Positions 17,260 through 29,090 of a DNA stretch of 53,158 nucleotides are shown piece by piece. Both the position numbers and the translations under genes were made by a program. The stretch's first letter is position 1. Every line of letters starts with the position of its first letter. Location of the stretch: positions 1 to 53,158 of the forward strand of contig CAYMIC010000001.1 in NCBI GenBank assembly GCA_964390615.1. Reading direction: 5' to 3'. The notes under the pieces were generated by a model that saw only the letters and a list, made by a program, of their open reading frames with translations, ran no database searches and was not told the origin of the DNA. Source of the stretch: an uncultured Candidatus Saccharibacteria bacterium. GTDB taxonomy: Bacteria; Patescibacteriota; Minisyncoccia; Phycocordibacterales; UBA9973.

Positions 17260-17784
17260 TTAATCAATATTTAAATCAGCTAGAATAAATTCAGCTATTT
17301 CTTTAGTGTTTAATTTACTTGAATCAAATATAGTGGTGTAAGGATAGTCATTATCTTCATGTCTTTTCATGATTAAATCCATGTGTTCCTTGGAAATGAC
17401 AGGTTTGTTTAAGGTTTTTGATCTTTCTCTTGTTCTTTGTTCAAGAACACTCCTATCAGCAAAAACCGCATATGCCAAAAAATCTGCTTTGTGCTTCTCT
17501 GCAATTAAACTCAAACTCTCTACCTCCTTCCTATTCATTCCCTGATCAACGATTACGCTTATGCCATTCTTCAAATATTCCTCAGTCATTGCATTTATAA
17601 CTTTCCGAGTTATCTCATCATGGGTTTTTACTTCTCTAAATTCTGAAATAAAACGTTTTATGTGGTCTGAACCAATATGAGCAGTATGTGATAAGTCATC
17701 ATGCAGAAAATCAGCAAGAGTAGTTTTACCTGCTCCTGCTGGTCCGCTAATCACGATAAGAAATAAATCTTTTACTCTTTTCAT
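17260..17784 (-). CDS. P-loop NTPase, small-molecule kinase-like (AAA_33/zeta-toxin-like fold)
   Basis: 174 aa with Walker A ISGPAGAGKTT. The ATG directly abuts the rpoD stop. Confidence 0.6.
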   Translation of the reverse strand: MKRVKDLFLIVISGPAGAGKTTLADFLHDDLSHTAHIGSDHIKRFISEFREVKTHDEITRKVINAMTEEYLKNGISVIVDQGMNRKEVESLSLIAEKHKADFLAYAVFADRSVLEQRTRERSKTLNKPVISKEHMDLIMKRHEDNDYPYTTIFDSSKLNTKEIAEFILADLNID

Positions 17785-19053
17785 TTAGTCGAAATAGTTT
17801 TTTAACCTTGAAATCTTTTCATGACTTCGGAGCTTTTCGTGCACCTTTGCCTCGATCTGACGAATACGTTCTCGAGTGACGCCAAATTCTTCACCTACCC
17901 GCTCTAGCGTATGCTGGATACCGTCTAGGAGTCCATAACGCATCTCTAAGATCTTTCTCTCCTTTGGGTTTAGCTCATCGAGTACACTCTTGATCTGGTC
18001 AGAAAGAATTCTTCGTGAAGACTCTTGGTCTGGGCGGAGAATTTTGTCATCTGGAATAAAATTCTCGAGAGTTGATTTATCATCGTCGTCTCCGATAGGT
18101 TGCTCGAGGGAAATAGTTTCTTGAGAAATATTTTCAATCACGTGGATCTTTTCTACTGGGACGCCCATCTCAGTCGCTATCTCTTCGGCCAACGGTTCAC
18201 GGCCTAAGTCTTGAGAAAGTTTTCGGTGAATTTGTTTGTACTTAGAAATAGTCTCCACCATGTGAACTGGAATACGGATAGTTCGAGATTGATCAGCGAG
18301 AGCACGAGTGATGGATTGACGAATCCACCAAGTAGCGTAAGTGGAGAATTTATAACCCTTGGTCCAGTCAAATTTTTCAACTGCCTTAAATAGTCCCAAG
18401 TTTCCTTCTTGAATCAAATCAAGAAGATTTAGGTTAGCACTACGTCCAACATACTTTTTGGCGATAGAAACTACCAGACGAAGATTCGCTCGAGCCAGCA
18501 AGTTCTTGGCTTCGATATCCCCTTTCTCGATTCGCTTTGCGAGTTCTTTCTCTTCGTTGGCATAGATCAGCGGATACTGACCAATTTCTTTCAAATACAT
18601 TTGGATAGAGTCGTGAATCGCAGATTTGTTTAGATCAAGCTCATTTACATCAGTATCTAGGTTTAGTAAATTACCACCCTCGAGAACATCGATTCCAGCT
18701 ACTCCGAATTTCTCATACAGTTCATCTAGGAAAAAGATATTGTTCTCGATGTCAGGGAAAGTCTTGAGAATCTCATCGTAGGTGATAAATCCTCGTTTAC
18801 GGCCCTTCTCTATAAGCTCATCCGATCGCTTGCTCAAATCCCCTGCCTTTCGTTCAGCCGCATTTAATTTCTTTGGCTTCTCATCTTTAACTACTTTTTT
18901 CGCTGGTACTTTTTTGACTTTAACTGCTTTAACTTTTTTCGCTTTGACGACTTTCACTACTTTCTTTTTTGCCTTAGCAACTACAGTTTTTTTAGGCTTA
19001 GAAACCTTTTTGGTGACCTTAGTTTTTATTTTGTTTTTTATTTTTTTCTTCAT
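17785..19053 (-). CDS. rpoD: Primary RNA polymerase sigma factor (sigma-70 family) with a Lys-rich N-terminus
   Basis: Region 2 [18 protein letters not shown] and [14 protein letters not shown]; region 4 [18 protein letters not shown]. The track start at 19062 is TTG; the ATG at 19053 gives MKKKIKNK... Confidence 0.92.
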   Translation of the reverse strand: MKKKIKNKIKTKVTKKVSKPKKTVVAKAKKKVVKVVKAKKVKAVKVKKVPAKKVVKDEKPKKLNAAERKAGDLSKRSDELIEKGRKRGFITYDEILKTFPDIENNIFFLDELYEKFGVAGIDVLEGGNLLNLDTDVNELDLNKSAIHDSIQMYLKEIGQYPLIYANEEKELAKRIEKGDIEAKNLLARANLRLVVSIAKKYVGRSANLNLLDLIQEGNLGLFKAVEKFDWTKGYKFSTYATWWIRQSITRALADQSRTIRIPVHMVETISKYKQIHRKLSQDLGREPLAEEIATEMGVPVEKIHVIENISQETISLEQPIGDDDDKSTLENFIPDDKILRPDQESSRRILSDQIKSVLDELNPKERKILEMRYGLLDGIQHTLERVGEEFGVTRERIRQIEAKVHEKLRSHEKISRLKNYFD

Positions 19054-19054
19054 A

Positions 19055-20830
19055 TTATTCAAAAATGTTATTCACCCGACCGCTTTTAATATCTTGTATC
19101 TCGTTATTCAACACTTGGCACTCTGCTAAAATTTTAATTGATGCATCTTTATCTCCCTTAGTCTCAGCGACATGCAGTTCTCTCATTTTTTTACCTAAGG
19201 TCTCTTTGATGTATTCTTGCTTTAAATTGGCCAAGAGTTCCTCGACTTCTTTTTTTAAATCTATCATATCAGTATAAAAAACTTCAGCTTCGTATATCAG
19301 ATCTTCTCGGCTACCTTCATAATCCTCTAATACTTTACTATCATCTTTGCCCCAAATCCTGCCTAACTCTTTGATCACTTTCTCAGGGTCAAATTTTTGT
19401 TCAACTAGGGACTTTTGCCAAAGTACGATACCCACCAATCGCCGCTCGATATGATCTTTCCTAAAGAGTTTATTCCCACCCTCCTTCAAAGCTTCGAGTT
19501 CATTGCGCTCAGTAGTGTATTCAACTTCAATATTTTTAAGATCAGATTGTAAAGCCTCGATAGGTATACCCGAAGCATCACTAATACGTTTCAAGAAATG
19601 AGTTTTTTCAATAGAACTTTCTATGAAATTCACATAAGGCAATACTTTCTCTTTGATCTCCCGTCCAGCTTTTCTAGTATCTTCTTTAAAATCCTCCAAA
19701 ACATTATCCAATAAAAACTCTATCACATGCTTGGAATTACGGATAGACTCACGCCAAGCATCCACTCCTTTTTGCAAAATTGTGTCCGCTGGGTCTAGTC
19801 CCTTTTCCATCTTGGCTACCTTCACATCCATCCCTAAGGATAAAGCTATTTTGCTAGCACGACTCGAAGCATTGAGTCCCGCCTTATCCGCATCAAAAGC
19901 AATTACGATATTAGTGGAGAGTCTTCGTACTAGTCCAAGGTTTGAAACTGCTCGCTCCTTAGTCTCTTCTTTATCCGAAAGTGCTGTACCTGATGTCGCT
20001 ACCGTATTTTTAAACCCGGCTTGGTGTGAGAGCACTAAATCCATCTGACCTTCCACAAGGATAGAGAAATTATTTTTTCGGATTGAATCTTTCGCTTTGT
20101 CGAGACCATAGAGCACCATGGATTTATTGAAGACTGGAGTGTCTGGACTGTTTAAATATTTCGCTGATTTTTCTATGACATCCGCTGGTAAACCTGGCTC
20201 AAATATTCTTCCAGAAAATGCTATGACTCTGCCACTAGTATCTGTAATCGGAAACATAATTCGTGAACGAAAACGATCATACATACCATTGTCACCTTGT
20301 TTTGCAAGTCCAGCCTGCTCTATCTCTTTGTCGGTAAACTTTTCACTTCGCAAATGTTGATACAAAAAATCCCAACCATTTTTAGCAAAACCAATTCTAA
20401 ATTCTGCTATGGTTTTCTCATTGATTCCCCGACCAAGCACGTAGTCCAAGGCCTCTTTCTTTTCTTTCAAATTCTTTTCAAAAAAAAGTGCAGCAGATTC
20501 AAGAGCTCGATATATTCTCTCCTTTTCACTCTCCTTTTCTTGATTGAAATCCCCTAAAGATACTCCGGCTTTTGCTGCTAAGAGTTTCAATGCTCCTTTA
20601 AAGTCTAAGCCTTCAAATTCTTCCACAAAAGTAAAGATATCTCCTGAAGCCGAACACCCGAAGCAGTAATAACTCCCTCGGGCCGGCGACACAAAAAAAG
20701 ATGGAGTCTTCTCGTTGTGGAACGGGCATCTAGCCCGGAGATTAGCCCCTGAATTTTCAAGCTTTATATAAGAAGAGACTACTTCTTCGATTGACAGCCT
20801 CTCCTTTATTTTTTGAACGGGAGAGTTCAT
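19055..20830 (-). CDS. dnaG: DNA primase
   Basis: 591 aa. Zinc finger [30 protein letters not shown] and [15 protein letters not shown]...DADKAG. Confidence 0.92.
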   Translation of the reverse strand: MNSPVQKIKERLSIEEVVSSYIKLENSGANLRARCPFHNEKTPSFFVSPARGSYYCFGCSASGDIFTFVEEFEGLDFKGALKLLAAKAGVSLGDFNQEKESEKERIYRALESAALFFEKNLKEKKEALDYVLGRGINEKTIAEFRIGFAKNGWDFLYQHLRSEKFTDKEIEQAGLAKQGDNGMYDRFRSRIMFPITDTSGRVIAFSGRIFEPGLPADVIEKSAKYLNSPDTPVFNKSMVLYGLDKAKDSIRKNNFSILVEGQMDLVLSHQAGFKNTVATSGTALSDKEETKERAVSNLGLVRRLSTNIVIAFDADKAGLNASSRASKIALSLGMDVKVAKMEKGLDPADTILQKGVDAWRESIRNSKHVIEFLLDNVLEDFKEDTRKAGREIKEKVLPYVNFIESSIEKTHFLKRISDASGIPIEALQSDLKNIEVEYTTERNELEALKEGGNKLFRKDHIERRLVGIVLWQKSLVEQKFDPEKVIKELGRIWGKDDSKVLEDYEGSREDLIYEAEVFYTDMIDLKKEVEELLANLKQEYIKETLGKKMRELHVAETKGDKDASIKILAECQVLNNEIQDIKSGRVNNIFE

Positions 20831-20837
20831 GACGATG

Positions 20838-23800
20838 TTATTCTTCTGTAGGTTCGCTTGCTACTTTCGAGCTAGCTTTACCCGCTCCAGTGAATCCTGT
20901 ACCTGCTGGAATTAGTCTTCCGATGATTACATTTTCCTTTAGACCTCGTAGATTATCAACCCCACCCTTAACTGCGTTTTCGATAAGCACACGGTTAGTA
21001 TTTTGGAAGGATGCTGCAGAGAGCCAACTCTTGGTTCGAAGTGACACTTCAGTGATACCCAAAACCACAGTTTCAGCCTTAGCCTCTTTTCCACTCATAC
21101 CAGCTACTCGTACATTTTCTTCAATCAAGGCAGTGTTCTCCACGATATCTCCTGCAGAGAAGTTAGTCTCACCAGCGTCTTTAATTCTTCGTCGAGAAAA
21201 CATTTGACGAATTATGATTTCAGTGTGTTTTCGAGAAATAGAAGCACTTTGTAGTTCATACACTTTATTGATTTCTCGGATGATGTACTCTTCAACAAGC
21301 TCCTTGTTTCCATACTTTAAGATTTCCATGATGTCGGCAGAACCGTCTGAAATCAGTTCACCAGATTTTACTTTGTCTCCAGTTTTTACGATTGGCAAAC
21401 GTGGATATGCTACAACATATTCAATTTCATTTGGCTTACCATCAACCTTAGAATCAGAAAGAACTTTGATAGTCTTATCCTTTCCATCCTTATCTTTGAC
21501 TTCAATAACTTCACCATCAGTTTGAGACACTACGGCTGGATTTTTAGGAATTCGACGTTCAAAAATTTCTTCAATACGAGGCAAACCTGTAGTGATGTCT
21601 GTTCCTGCCACACCTCCAGCGTGGAATGTACGAAGAGTCAACTGTGTACCTGGTTCACCGATAGCCTGTGCTGCGATAATACCGACAGCTTCTCCAAGAT
21701 CTACCAAACGATTTCGTCCAAGGTCTAGACCGTAACACATCTGACATAGTCCATGTACAGTTTTGCAAGTAAACGGTGATCGAACAGCAACTTGTTCAAA
21801 ACCAGCTTTTTCGATTACATGTGCTTCTTCTTTAGTAATCAAGAAACCTTTTTTATAAGCTACTTTACCTTCTTTATCTTTCAAATCTTCTAGAAGTACG
21901 CGACCACGGATATTTTTGGAAAGTGGAATTTCGATTCCAGAAACATTTTCTTTAGTAACAATTTTACCTTCCTTAGTACCACAATCAACTTCAGTGATAA
22001 CTACATCTTGGGCAACGTCAACCAAACGTCGAGTAAGGTATCCAGCTTTCGCAGTGTTTAAAGCGGTGTCAGATGCTCCTTTACGCGCACCGTGAGTAGT
22101 CACGAAGTATTCAATCGGAGAAAGACCCTCATGGTACGATGCTAGAATTGGAAATTCTAGAGTCTTACCTTGGTTGTTTTGAATCAAACCTTTCATACCA
22201 GTCATCTGAATAAGTGAAGTCATAGTACCTCGAGCCCCAGATGTAAAGAGGTCATAAGTAGAACCTTTTTTATCCAGAGTGTTTGGTAGAACTTTTTCCA
22301 AATCCTTTTTAGCTAAAGTCCAAACTTCAATAATCTTCTGATACTTCTCTTTATCTGAGAGAAGACCATCAGTCCATTGAGAGATAATTTCTTCTTCAGT
22401 TTTCTTGGAATCTGCAATAATTTGAGCTTTTTCTACTGGAACTTTAACATTGTCCAATCCCCAAGTAGTACCAGAGTGAGTTGAGTACTTGAATCCGAAT
22501 TCTTTAATCTTATCTAGGATTGGTGGAGTTCTATCAATACCGTAGTGCATCACTAACTCATCCAGCAAAGAGGAAATTCTCTTTTGGTTCATTTCATCAT
22601 CCACATAAGGAAAATCGTTCGGCAAAATACTGTTGAAAAGAAGTTTACCTACAGTGGTATCAAATATTTCACCATTAAACTTTTCATACTTTGGAGTATT
22701 GGTTGCAAGTACTTTTATTTTTGCTCGGAAAGATATCACACCGTATTCGTACGCAGTGATAGCTTGGTTTGGAGTCGCAAAGTATTTACCTTCACCTACT
22801 TCACCATCTAGTGACTTAGTCATCCAGAAAGCACCAAGTACCATGTCTTTTGAAGGGTGCACGATAGGATCACCATTTTGAGGCTTGAGTAAGTTTTTAT
22901 TAGCAGCCATCAAATCGCGAGCTTCTGCTTGAGCTTCGACTGATAGAGGTACGTATACGGCCATCTGGTCTCCGTCGAAGTCAGCGTTGAACGCGGCACA
23001 AACCATCGGGTGTACTTGGATAGCATTACCTTCAATCAATATCGGATTGAAAGCTTGAATACCAAGACGGTGAAGGGTAGGTGCACGGTTTAGGAGAACA
23101 TACTTACCATCGATAACTTCTTCGAGCATAGCCCAAACTTCAGCAGTTCTCTCTTCGATCAATTTATTTGCTCCACGAATGTTGAATGCCAATTCAGCTT
23201 CCAAAATTTTGGAAATTACGAATGGTCGGAAAAGTTCAAGAGCCATGTGTTTTGGCAAACCACATTGGTTAAGCTTTAATTGTGGACCAACCACGATAAC
23301 AGAACGACCAGAATAGTCTACTCGTTTACCAAGAAGGTTTTGTCGGAAGAGACCTTGCTTACTCTTCAAGTTATCAGACAAGGATTTTAGAGCTCGCTTT
23401 TGAGACTGGCTCATAGCTGCACCATCGTTTTGCTTGGCGATAGAGTTGTCAATCAAAGCATCTACTGCTTCTTGAATGATACGCTTTTCGTTACGCAAGA
23501 TAACATCCGGAGCATTGATTTCTTTTAATTTCTTTAGACGATTGTTTCGGTTGATAACACGGCGATATAAATCGTTTAAGTCTGAAGTTGCATGTCGTCC
23601 ACCTTCGAGGGCTACCATAGGGCGCAATACTGGAGGAATAACTGGAATAGAAGTTAAGAACATCCATTCTGGTCGGATATTAGCGTAAGTCATAGCTCGG
23701 ATAAGTGACATTCGCTTTTGAAGTTTTTCTTTCTCAGCTGCACTCGCTTTTTCAAGCATGGTCTCAGTGTGAGCCTTCAACTTGTTGAGATCTAGATTTT

Positions 23801-24467
23801 TGAAAATAGTATAAATTGCTTCAGCACCGATATTGGCTTCAAAACAAGTACCGTACTTCAAAGAGTAATGGTGGAAAGAAATTTCATTTAGAACCTTACC
23901 TTCGTAAATCTCACCAATTTCTTTTTTAGTGATAGAAAGTAAAGTTTTTAGTTTCTCACGAGTTTCATCGTCAGCAGCATTCTTTAGCTTCATCTTGTAC
24001 TCCTTGTCGAGTCCTGCGATAACTGCTTCTTTTTCATCTTCATGAACTCTAGTGATGATATAGCCAGCAAAGTAAATAACCTTCTCTAGATCAGAGACTG
24101 AGATATTAAGAAGGATACTCATTCGAGATGGTACGCCACGCAAAAACCAAATGTGTGCAACCGGAGTAGCAAGTTCAATGTGACCCATGCGTTCACGACG
24201 AACTATAGATCGAGTAACCTCGACTCCACATTTTTCACAGATAATATCTTTGTATCGAATTCTTCGATATTTACCGCAGTAACATTCGTAATCTTTCTCT
24301 GGACCGAAAATTTTCTCATCAAATAGTCCGCCTCGTTCACTTCTACCAGTACGGTAGTTGATAGTTTCAGGCTTGGTGACTTCTCCATAAGACCATTCTT
24401 TGATTTGCTCAGGTGAAGCTAGTTTGAGTGCGATAGAATCAAATTCAGTTGTATTGAGTGTTTTCAT
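20838..24467 (-). CDS. rpoC: RNA polymerase beta-prime subunit
   Basis: 1209 aa. Zinc ribbon [23 protein letters not shown] and catalytic [14 protein letters not shown]. Confidence 0.97.
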   Translation of the reverse strand: MKTLNTTEFDSIALKLASPEQIKEWSYGEVTKPETINYRTGRSERGGLFDEKIFGPEKDYECYCGKYRRIRYKDIICEKCGVEVTRSIVRRERMGHIELATPVAHIWFLRGVPSRMSILLNISVSDLEKVIYFAGYIITRVHEDEKEAVIAGLDKEYKMKLKNAADDETREKLKTLLSITKKEIGEIYEGKVLNEISFHHYSLKYGTCFEANIGAEAIYTIFKNLDLNKLKAHTETMLEKASAAEKEKLQKRMSLIRAMTYANIRPEWMFLTSIPVIPPVLRPMVALEGGRHATSDLNDLYRRVINRNNRLKKLKEINAPDVILRNEKRIIQEAVDALIDNSIAKQNDGAAMSQSQKRALKSLSDNLKSKQGLFRQNLLGKRVDYSGRSVIVVGPQLKLNQCGLPKHMALELFRPFVISKILEAELAFNIRGANKLIEERTAEVWAMLEEVIDGKYVLLNRAPTLHRLGIQAFNPILIEGNAIQVHPMVCAAFNADFDGDQMAVYVPLSVEAQAEARDLMAANKNLLKPQNGDPIVHPSKDMVLGAFWMTKSLDGEVGEGKYFATPNQAITAYEYGVISFRAKIKVLATNTPKYEKFNGEIFDTTVGKLLFNSILPNDFPYVDDEMNQKRISSLLDELVMHYGIDRTPPILDKIKEFGFKYSTHSGTTWGLDNVKVPVEKAQIIADSKKTEEEIISQWTDGLLSDKEKYQKIIEVWTLAKKDLEKVLPNTLDKKGSTYDLFTSGARGTMTSLIQMTGMKGLIQNNQGKTLEFPILASYHEGLSPIEYFVTTHGARKGASDTALNTAKAGYLTRRLVDVAQDVVITEVDCGTKEGKIVTKENVSGIEIPLSKNIRGRVLLEDLKDKEGKVAYKKGFLITKEEAHVIEKAGFEQVAVRSPFTCKTVHGLCQMCYGLDLGRNRLVDLGEAVGIIAAQAIGEPGTQLTLRTFHAGGVAGTDITTGLPRIEEIFERRIPKNPAVVSQTDGEVIEVKDKDGKDKTIKVLSDSKVDGKPNEIEYVVAYPRLPIVKTGDKVKSGELISDGSADIMEILKYGNKELVEEYIIREINKVYELQSASISRKHTEIIIRQMFSRRRIKDAGETNFSAGDIVENTALIEENVRVAGMSGKEAKAETVVLGITEVSLRTKSWLSAASFQNTNRVLIENAVKGGVDNLRGLKENVIIGRLIPAGTGFTGAGKASSKVASEPTEE

Positions 24468-24472
24468 ATATT

Positions 24473-27400
24473 TTAATTCTTTTGATCGTTACTCTTAAGA
24501 TTTACATCTAGCGCCAACCCACGCAAGTAGTTAAGCATCACATTGAAGGACGCAGGAGAATTTGGCGGTCTGATGATTTCATTTTTAATGATAGCGTCAA
24601 ATGTCGCTGATCGACCAGCTATGTCGTCGGATTTAATAGTTAACATTTCTCGCAAAGAGTAAGCTGCGCCATATCCTTCAAGTGCCCAGACTTCCATTTC
24701 TCCAAATCTCTGTCCACCGCCTTGAGCTTTACCACCAAGAGGTTGCTGAGTGATAAGAGAGTAGGGTCCAATCGATCGCATGTGGATCTTGTCTTCCACC
24801 ATGTGGTGCAGTTTGAGCATGTACATATAACCCACTGCTACATCTTGCTCAAATGGTTCTCCGGTTCGTCCATCAAAGAGTTTCATCCGGCCGTTCTCAG
24901 GTAATCCTGCTTTCTTTAATTCTTCACTAATTTCATCATGAGAAGCTCCCAAGAATGGTGGTACAATCGCTTGGTAACCAAGAGAATTCGCCGCCAAACC
25001 TAAATGCATTTCCAAAATCTGTCCCAAGTTCATACGAGATGGAACACCGAGTGGTGAAAGAATTATGTCGATAGGTTGACCGTCAGCTGTATATGGCATA
25101 TCTTCTTCAGGCAAAATAGTAGAGATAACACCTTTGTTTCCGTGTCGTCCTGAGAGTTTATCTCCAACTGAGATATTTCGAACTTGAGCAACTTCGATAA
25201 CAATCTTCTTGATGATACCCGCTTCAAGAGTGTGACCCATATCTCGAGAGAATATTTTCACACCGATGATTCGTCCTCGCTTGCCGTGTTCCATGCGTAG
25301 TGATGTATCTTTAACATCGCGAGCTTTTTCCGCAAAGATTGAGCGGAGCAAACGCTCTTCTGGAGTAAGTTCGGTCTCACCTTTTGGAGTAATTTTTCCT
25401 ACCAAAATATCATTTTCACGAACTTCAGCACCGATACGTACAATACCGTCTTCATCAAGATCTTTTAGTTTAAGTTCACCAACATTCGGGATGTCTCGAG
25501 TAGTAATCTCGGGTCCAAGCTTGGTGTCACGGACAGTAGAAATAAATTCTTCCACATAGATAGAAGTAAATTTACTATTCTTGACCAATCGTTCAGATAC
25601 AATGATCGCGTCTTCGTAGTTAGAACCAGACCATGACAAGAATGCTACGAAAATATTTTGTCCGATTGAAATCTGTCCATCTACAGTTGAAGTAGTATCT
25701 GCCAAAAGTCCTCCCTTTTTAACTTTTTCACCGACAGAAACTGCAGGACGTTGGTGAAACGCAGAGAAGTTGTTGTTTCGAAGACGATTAACTAATTCGT
25801 AAGTTTTTTCTTTTCCAGATTTTCCTTCGACAACTACTTGTCGTGCATCAACATATTTAACTACACCTTCTTCTTCAGAAAGTACCAAGCGACCAGTGTC
25901 GCGAGATGCTAATTCTTCTACACCTGTCGCAACCAATGGAGCTTCAGGAAGTACGCAAGGTACTGCCTGCTTCTGCATGTTACTTCCCATGAGTGCTCGG
26001 TTCGCATCGTTGTGTTCTAGGAATGGAATAAATGAAGTAGCGATAGAGAAAGCTTGGTGAGTAGCAACATCGATAAAGTCAACTTCGGTCGGATCAACCA
26101 AACCTGGTTGAGTTTTTAATCGTGCCGCAACCTTCTTTTCGGTTAGCTTTCCATCTTCATCATAGGCACTTCCTGCATGAGCGATATTGTACTTTTCTTC
26201 TTCAAGCGCATTTAGGTAGACAACTTCACCAGTAATTTTTCCGCCCTTAACTTTGATGTATGGAGTTTCAATAATACCGAAATCGTTTATTTTAGCATAA
26301 GTAGACAAGTGAAGAATAAGACCGATGTTCGGACCTTCAGGGGTATGGATCGGACACACACGTCCGTAGTGAGAAGGATGCACGTCACGAACTTCGAGTC
26401 CTGCTCGTTCACGAGTAAGTCCTCCAGGACCAAGAGCTGAAAGCAATCGGATGTGTTCCATCTCTGCCAAGACATTTTCTTGGTTCATGAATTGAGACAA
26501 CTGGTTAGTGGTGAAAAATTCTTTAATACGAGCTTGGAGTGGTCGTTGGTTGATGATGTGAATCGGCATAGCAGTATCGACATCCACGATAGACATACGA
26601 TCTTGAATATTTCGCTTGATCTGCATCATACCAGTGCGAACTTTTTGCTGAAGCATTTCACCAACAAATCGAACTCGTCTTTGACCTAAGTGGTCGATAT
26701 CGTCAGAGCGAGATCCAGGAGTATTGTTAAGTTCAATGATATACGCAAGCACAGTCAATAAATCTTCTTTGGAAATAGTTCGTCGTGCAAGTTCAGCTTC
26801 GTCCATAGGTTTCTCGAAACGCTTGTTGAAACGATAACGACCTACAGGTGAAAGGTCATATCGCTCAGCTGTGAAAAGAGAGTCGATGAATTCTTTGGCA
26901 TTGTCAGCAGTCGCCATGTCACCATCACGAAGTCTTTTGTAGATTTCTACATAAGATTCGTTGAGAGTTTTAGAGGTATCTTTTGCAAGACACACTTTGA
27001 TTGTTTCGGCAAAAACTTTTGCATCTACTCCTTGAGCAGTCATTTCTTCTGTCGGCTTAATCTTATCAAATGCAGCTGTGATAGCATCATTATTCTCATA
27101 ACCCATCGCTCGAAGAAGTGCTGTTGCTGGGAACTTTCGCTTTTTGTCGATGCGGATATATATCGCGCCATCTGCTTCAGCTTCGATTTCAATCCAAACA
27201 CCACGAGCTGGGATTATTTTAGCCCCAAAGTAACGCTTACCCTTACTTTCAGATTCAGTAAAGAAAACACCGAAAGATCGTGCTAATTGTGGCACGATGA
27301 CTCGCTCTACACCGTTGATGATAAAAGTACCATGAGCAGTCATGAGTGGAATCTCAGACATGAAAATTTCCTGCTCCTTGATAGTGCCTAGAATTTTATT

Positions 27401-27688
27401 GGTTAGCTTTACGCGCGCCTTTAAATGCCCTTGGTAAGAGAGCTTGTTTACTTTTGAATCATTTTCAGTTGTTTTAGATTCACCGAGAGAAAATGAAGTG
27501 AATTCTAATTGAAACTTTTTTCCAGAATAGTCTGCAATCGGAGAGAACTCCTTGAAGACTTCTGCTATACCCTGCTCGACCAACCACTTGTAGCTTTTTA
27601 CCTGCGCTTCGATCAAATTCGGAAACTCGATCAAAGGCTTTTTGTACCGTGCAAAATGCTTTTTCGGACGTTTTGTTTCTGTCGACAT
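24473..27688 (-). CDS. rpoB: RNA polymerase beta subunit
   Basis: 1071 aa. Motifs GDKLSGRHGNKGVIS, QRFGEMEVWALEGYGAAY and LGPGGLTRERAG. Confidence 0.97.
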   Translation of the reverse strand: MSTETKRPKKHFARYKKPLIEFPNLIEAQVKSYKWLVEQGIAEVFKEFSPIADYSGKKFQLEFTSFSLGESKTTENDSKVNKLSYQGHLKARVKLTNKILGTIKEQEIFMSEIPLMTAHGTFIINGVERVIVPQLARSFGVFFTESESKGKRYFGAKIIPARGVWIEIEAEADGAIYIRIDKKRKFPATALLRAMGYENNDAITAAFDKIKPTEEMTAQGVDAKVFAETIKVCLAKDTSKTLNESYVEIYKRLRDGDMATADNAKEFIDSLFTAERYDLSPVGRYRFNKRFEKPMDEAELARRTISKEDLLTVLAYIIELNNTPGSRSDDIDHLGQRRVRFVGEMLQQKVRTGMMQIKRNIQDRMSIVDVDTAMPIHIINQRPLQARIKEFFTTNQLSQFMNQENVLAEMEHIRLLSALGPGGLTRERAGLEVRDVHPSHYGRVCPIHTPEGPNIGLILHLSTYAKINDFGIIETPYIKVKGGKITGEVVYLNALEEEKYNIAHAGSAYDEDGKLTEKKVAARLKTQPGLVDPTEVDFIDVATHQAFSIATSFIPFLEHNDANRALMGSNMQKQAVPCVLPEAPLVATGVEELASRDTGRLVLSEEEGVVKYVDARQVVVEGKSGKEKTYELVNRLRNNNFSAFHQRPAVSVGEKVKKGGLLADTTSTVDGQISIGQNIFVAFLSWSGSNYEDAIIVSERLVKNSKFTSIYVEEFISTVRDTKLGPEITTRDIPNVGELKLKDLDEDGIVRIGAEVRENDILVGKITPKGETELTPEERLLRSIFAEKARDVKDTSLRMEHGKRGRIIGVKIFSRDMGHTLEAGIIKKIVIEVAQVRNISVGDKLSGRHGNKGVISTILPEEDMPYTADGQPIDIILSPLGVPSRMNLGQILEMHLGLAANSLGYQAIVPPFLGASHDEISEELKKAGLPENGRMKLFDGRTGEPFEQDVAVGYMYMLKLHHMVEDKIHMRSIGPYSLITQQPLGGKAQGGGQRFGEMEVWALEGYGAAYSLREMLTIKSDDIAGRSATFDAIIKNEIIRPPNSPASFNVMLNYLRGLALDVNLKSNDQKN

Positions 27689-27885
27689 ATTTTAAAATTC
27701 CGAGAAAAATAAAAATAACAACAAAAAAGCCTAGGCTTTTGTAGCTTTTCTTATTTGTTTCGGATACCTGTTAATAGCCTTATAAAGGCTCTAATAATAG
27801 ATGCAGCAGATATGCAGTCCGTTACTCAATCAATCTTGACCTTAGATTATCACAACTTTTAAAGTATTGCAAGTGAGGGGCTCGC

Positions 27886-28545
27886 CTACTTCCTACTTTC
27901 CTTCCACTCCTCTATTTTTTTATGATTTCCCGATAAAAGCACCTTTGGGACTTTGTAATTTTTACCTTTATATTTCAAAATTTCAGGTCGAGTGTAAAAC
28001 TCACTAGATGATACTCGCTCTTCTTCAAGAGATTCAAATTTGCCAAGCACACCTTTTATCTGCCGAGACATGCAATCAATTAAAATCATGGCAGGCAATT
28101 CCCCGCCAGTGAGCACATAATCCCCGACTGAAATATCTTCAGCCTTAAATATTTTCTTTACTCGGGCGTCGATCCCCTCATACCTTCCTGAAATTAAAAT
28201 TATATCTGTGTATTTTTTAACGGAATTTTTTGCATACTCTGTGGTGAATTTTTTACCACTTGGTGAGAAATTTATTATTTTAACCTTTGCGTTCTTGCCC
28301 TTCGCTTTGCTCAGGGCCTTCGCCACTGCGTGGACTACGGGCTCGGCCCGCATGACCATACCCGGGCCTCCACCATAAGGCCGGTCATCTACTGGCCTAT
28401 AATTATTCTTCGGCGCCTTGATAAAATCACGTGGATTATAAAACTTTACACTCACAAGCTTACCCTTTATCGCCCGCCCCAATATAGATTCATTTAAATA
28501 TGAATCAAAAATCTCCGGGAAAATTGTAATGACATGAAAACGCAT
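27886..28545 (-). CDS. trmD: tRNA (guanine37-N1)-methyltransferase
   Basis: 219 aa. Motifs MRFHVITIFPEIF, DDRPYGGGPGMVM and GRYEGIDARV. Confidence 0.93.
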   Translation of the reverse strand: MRFHVITIFPEIFDSYLNESILGRAIKGKLVSVKFYNPRDFIKAPKNNYRPVDDRPYGGGPGMVMRAEPVVHAVAKALSKAKGKNAKVKIINFSPSGKKFTTEYAKNSVKKYTDIILISGRYEGIDARVKKIFKAEDISVGDYVLTGGELPAMILIDCMSRQIKGVLGKFESLEEERVSSSEFYTRPEILKYKGKNYKVPKVLLSGNHKKIEEWKESRK

Positions 28546-28573
28546 AGGCTCACTATAGTATAAAAAAAGTAAT

Positions 28574-28600
28574 AAAAAAAGCCCCGTATTCCTACAGGAC
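28574..28600 (-). terminator. Strand-specific terminator between the KH gene and trmD
   Basis: Minus-strand RNA forms GUCCUGUA-GGAA-UACGGGGC (8 bp, two G-U pairs) followed by UUUUUUU. Confidence 0.5.
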
Positions 28601-28619
28601 TTTTTTATTTGTGTTTTAC

Positions 28620-28964
28620 TTAGATTCCTTTCAAGTCTTCCATTGCTTGGTCAACGGTCTTCATAGTAGGAGTACTGTGACTCATACTAGATCCACCTTC
28701 AGGTCGTGTACTTCCTTCAGGTTCGTTGATCTTTAGGTTTACTCGAGCGTTGTTCTTCATACCGATGATTCGGAGAAGTGTGCGGATAGCTTTAGCAGTA
28801 TTACCCATTCGGCCGATGATTTTACCCATGTCGGATGGATTTACAGTTAAAGTTATAAGCACGCCCATTTCGTCTACAGAACGATCGATTTTTACATCGT
28901 TCGGATTGTCGACGAGAGCTTTTACAACATATTCGAGAAATACCTTGTCTTGGTCATTGTTCAT
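28620..28964 (-). CDS. KH-domain RNA-binding protein (YlqC/UPF0109 family) with a C-terminal extension
   Basis: 114 aa. Motif MGKIIGRMGNTAKAIRTLL. In the conserved position after rpsP. Confidence 0.85.
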   Translation of the reverse strand: MNNDQDKVFLEYVVKALVDNPNDVKIDRSVDEMGVLITLTVNPSDMGKIIGRMGNTAKAIRTLLRIIGMKNNARVNLKINEPEGSTRPEGGSSMSHSTPTMKTVDQAMEDLKGI

Positions 28965-28971
28965 GGTGTTC

Positions 28972-29000
28972 AGAATATTGTTATTTTAATCTTTTATCAA
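28972..29000 (-). promoter_or_regulatory. Putative promoter of the KH gene (leaderless geometry)
   Basis: Minus strand reads TTGATA (29000-28995), 17 nt, TATTCT (28977-28972), then 7 nt to the ATG at 28964. Confidence 0.35.
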
Positions 29001-29090
29001 TTTGGCAGTATTTACGACCAAATACCTGCATACAGAATATTATATATCACTCACACTTAGCGAGGCAAGCCTGCCTGCCGGTAGGTAAGC

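Noticed and set aside
11655-17784. Genomic island integrated at tRNA-Thr (accessory-looking genes follow the tRNA up to the rpoD operon)
   Set aside because: There is no integrase and no partial direct repeat of the tRNA 3' end that I could find. The genes have the same compact spacing and signals as the rest of the window. Only the small RAYT unit looks mobile.
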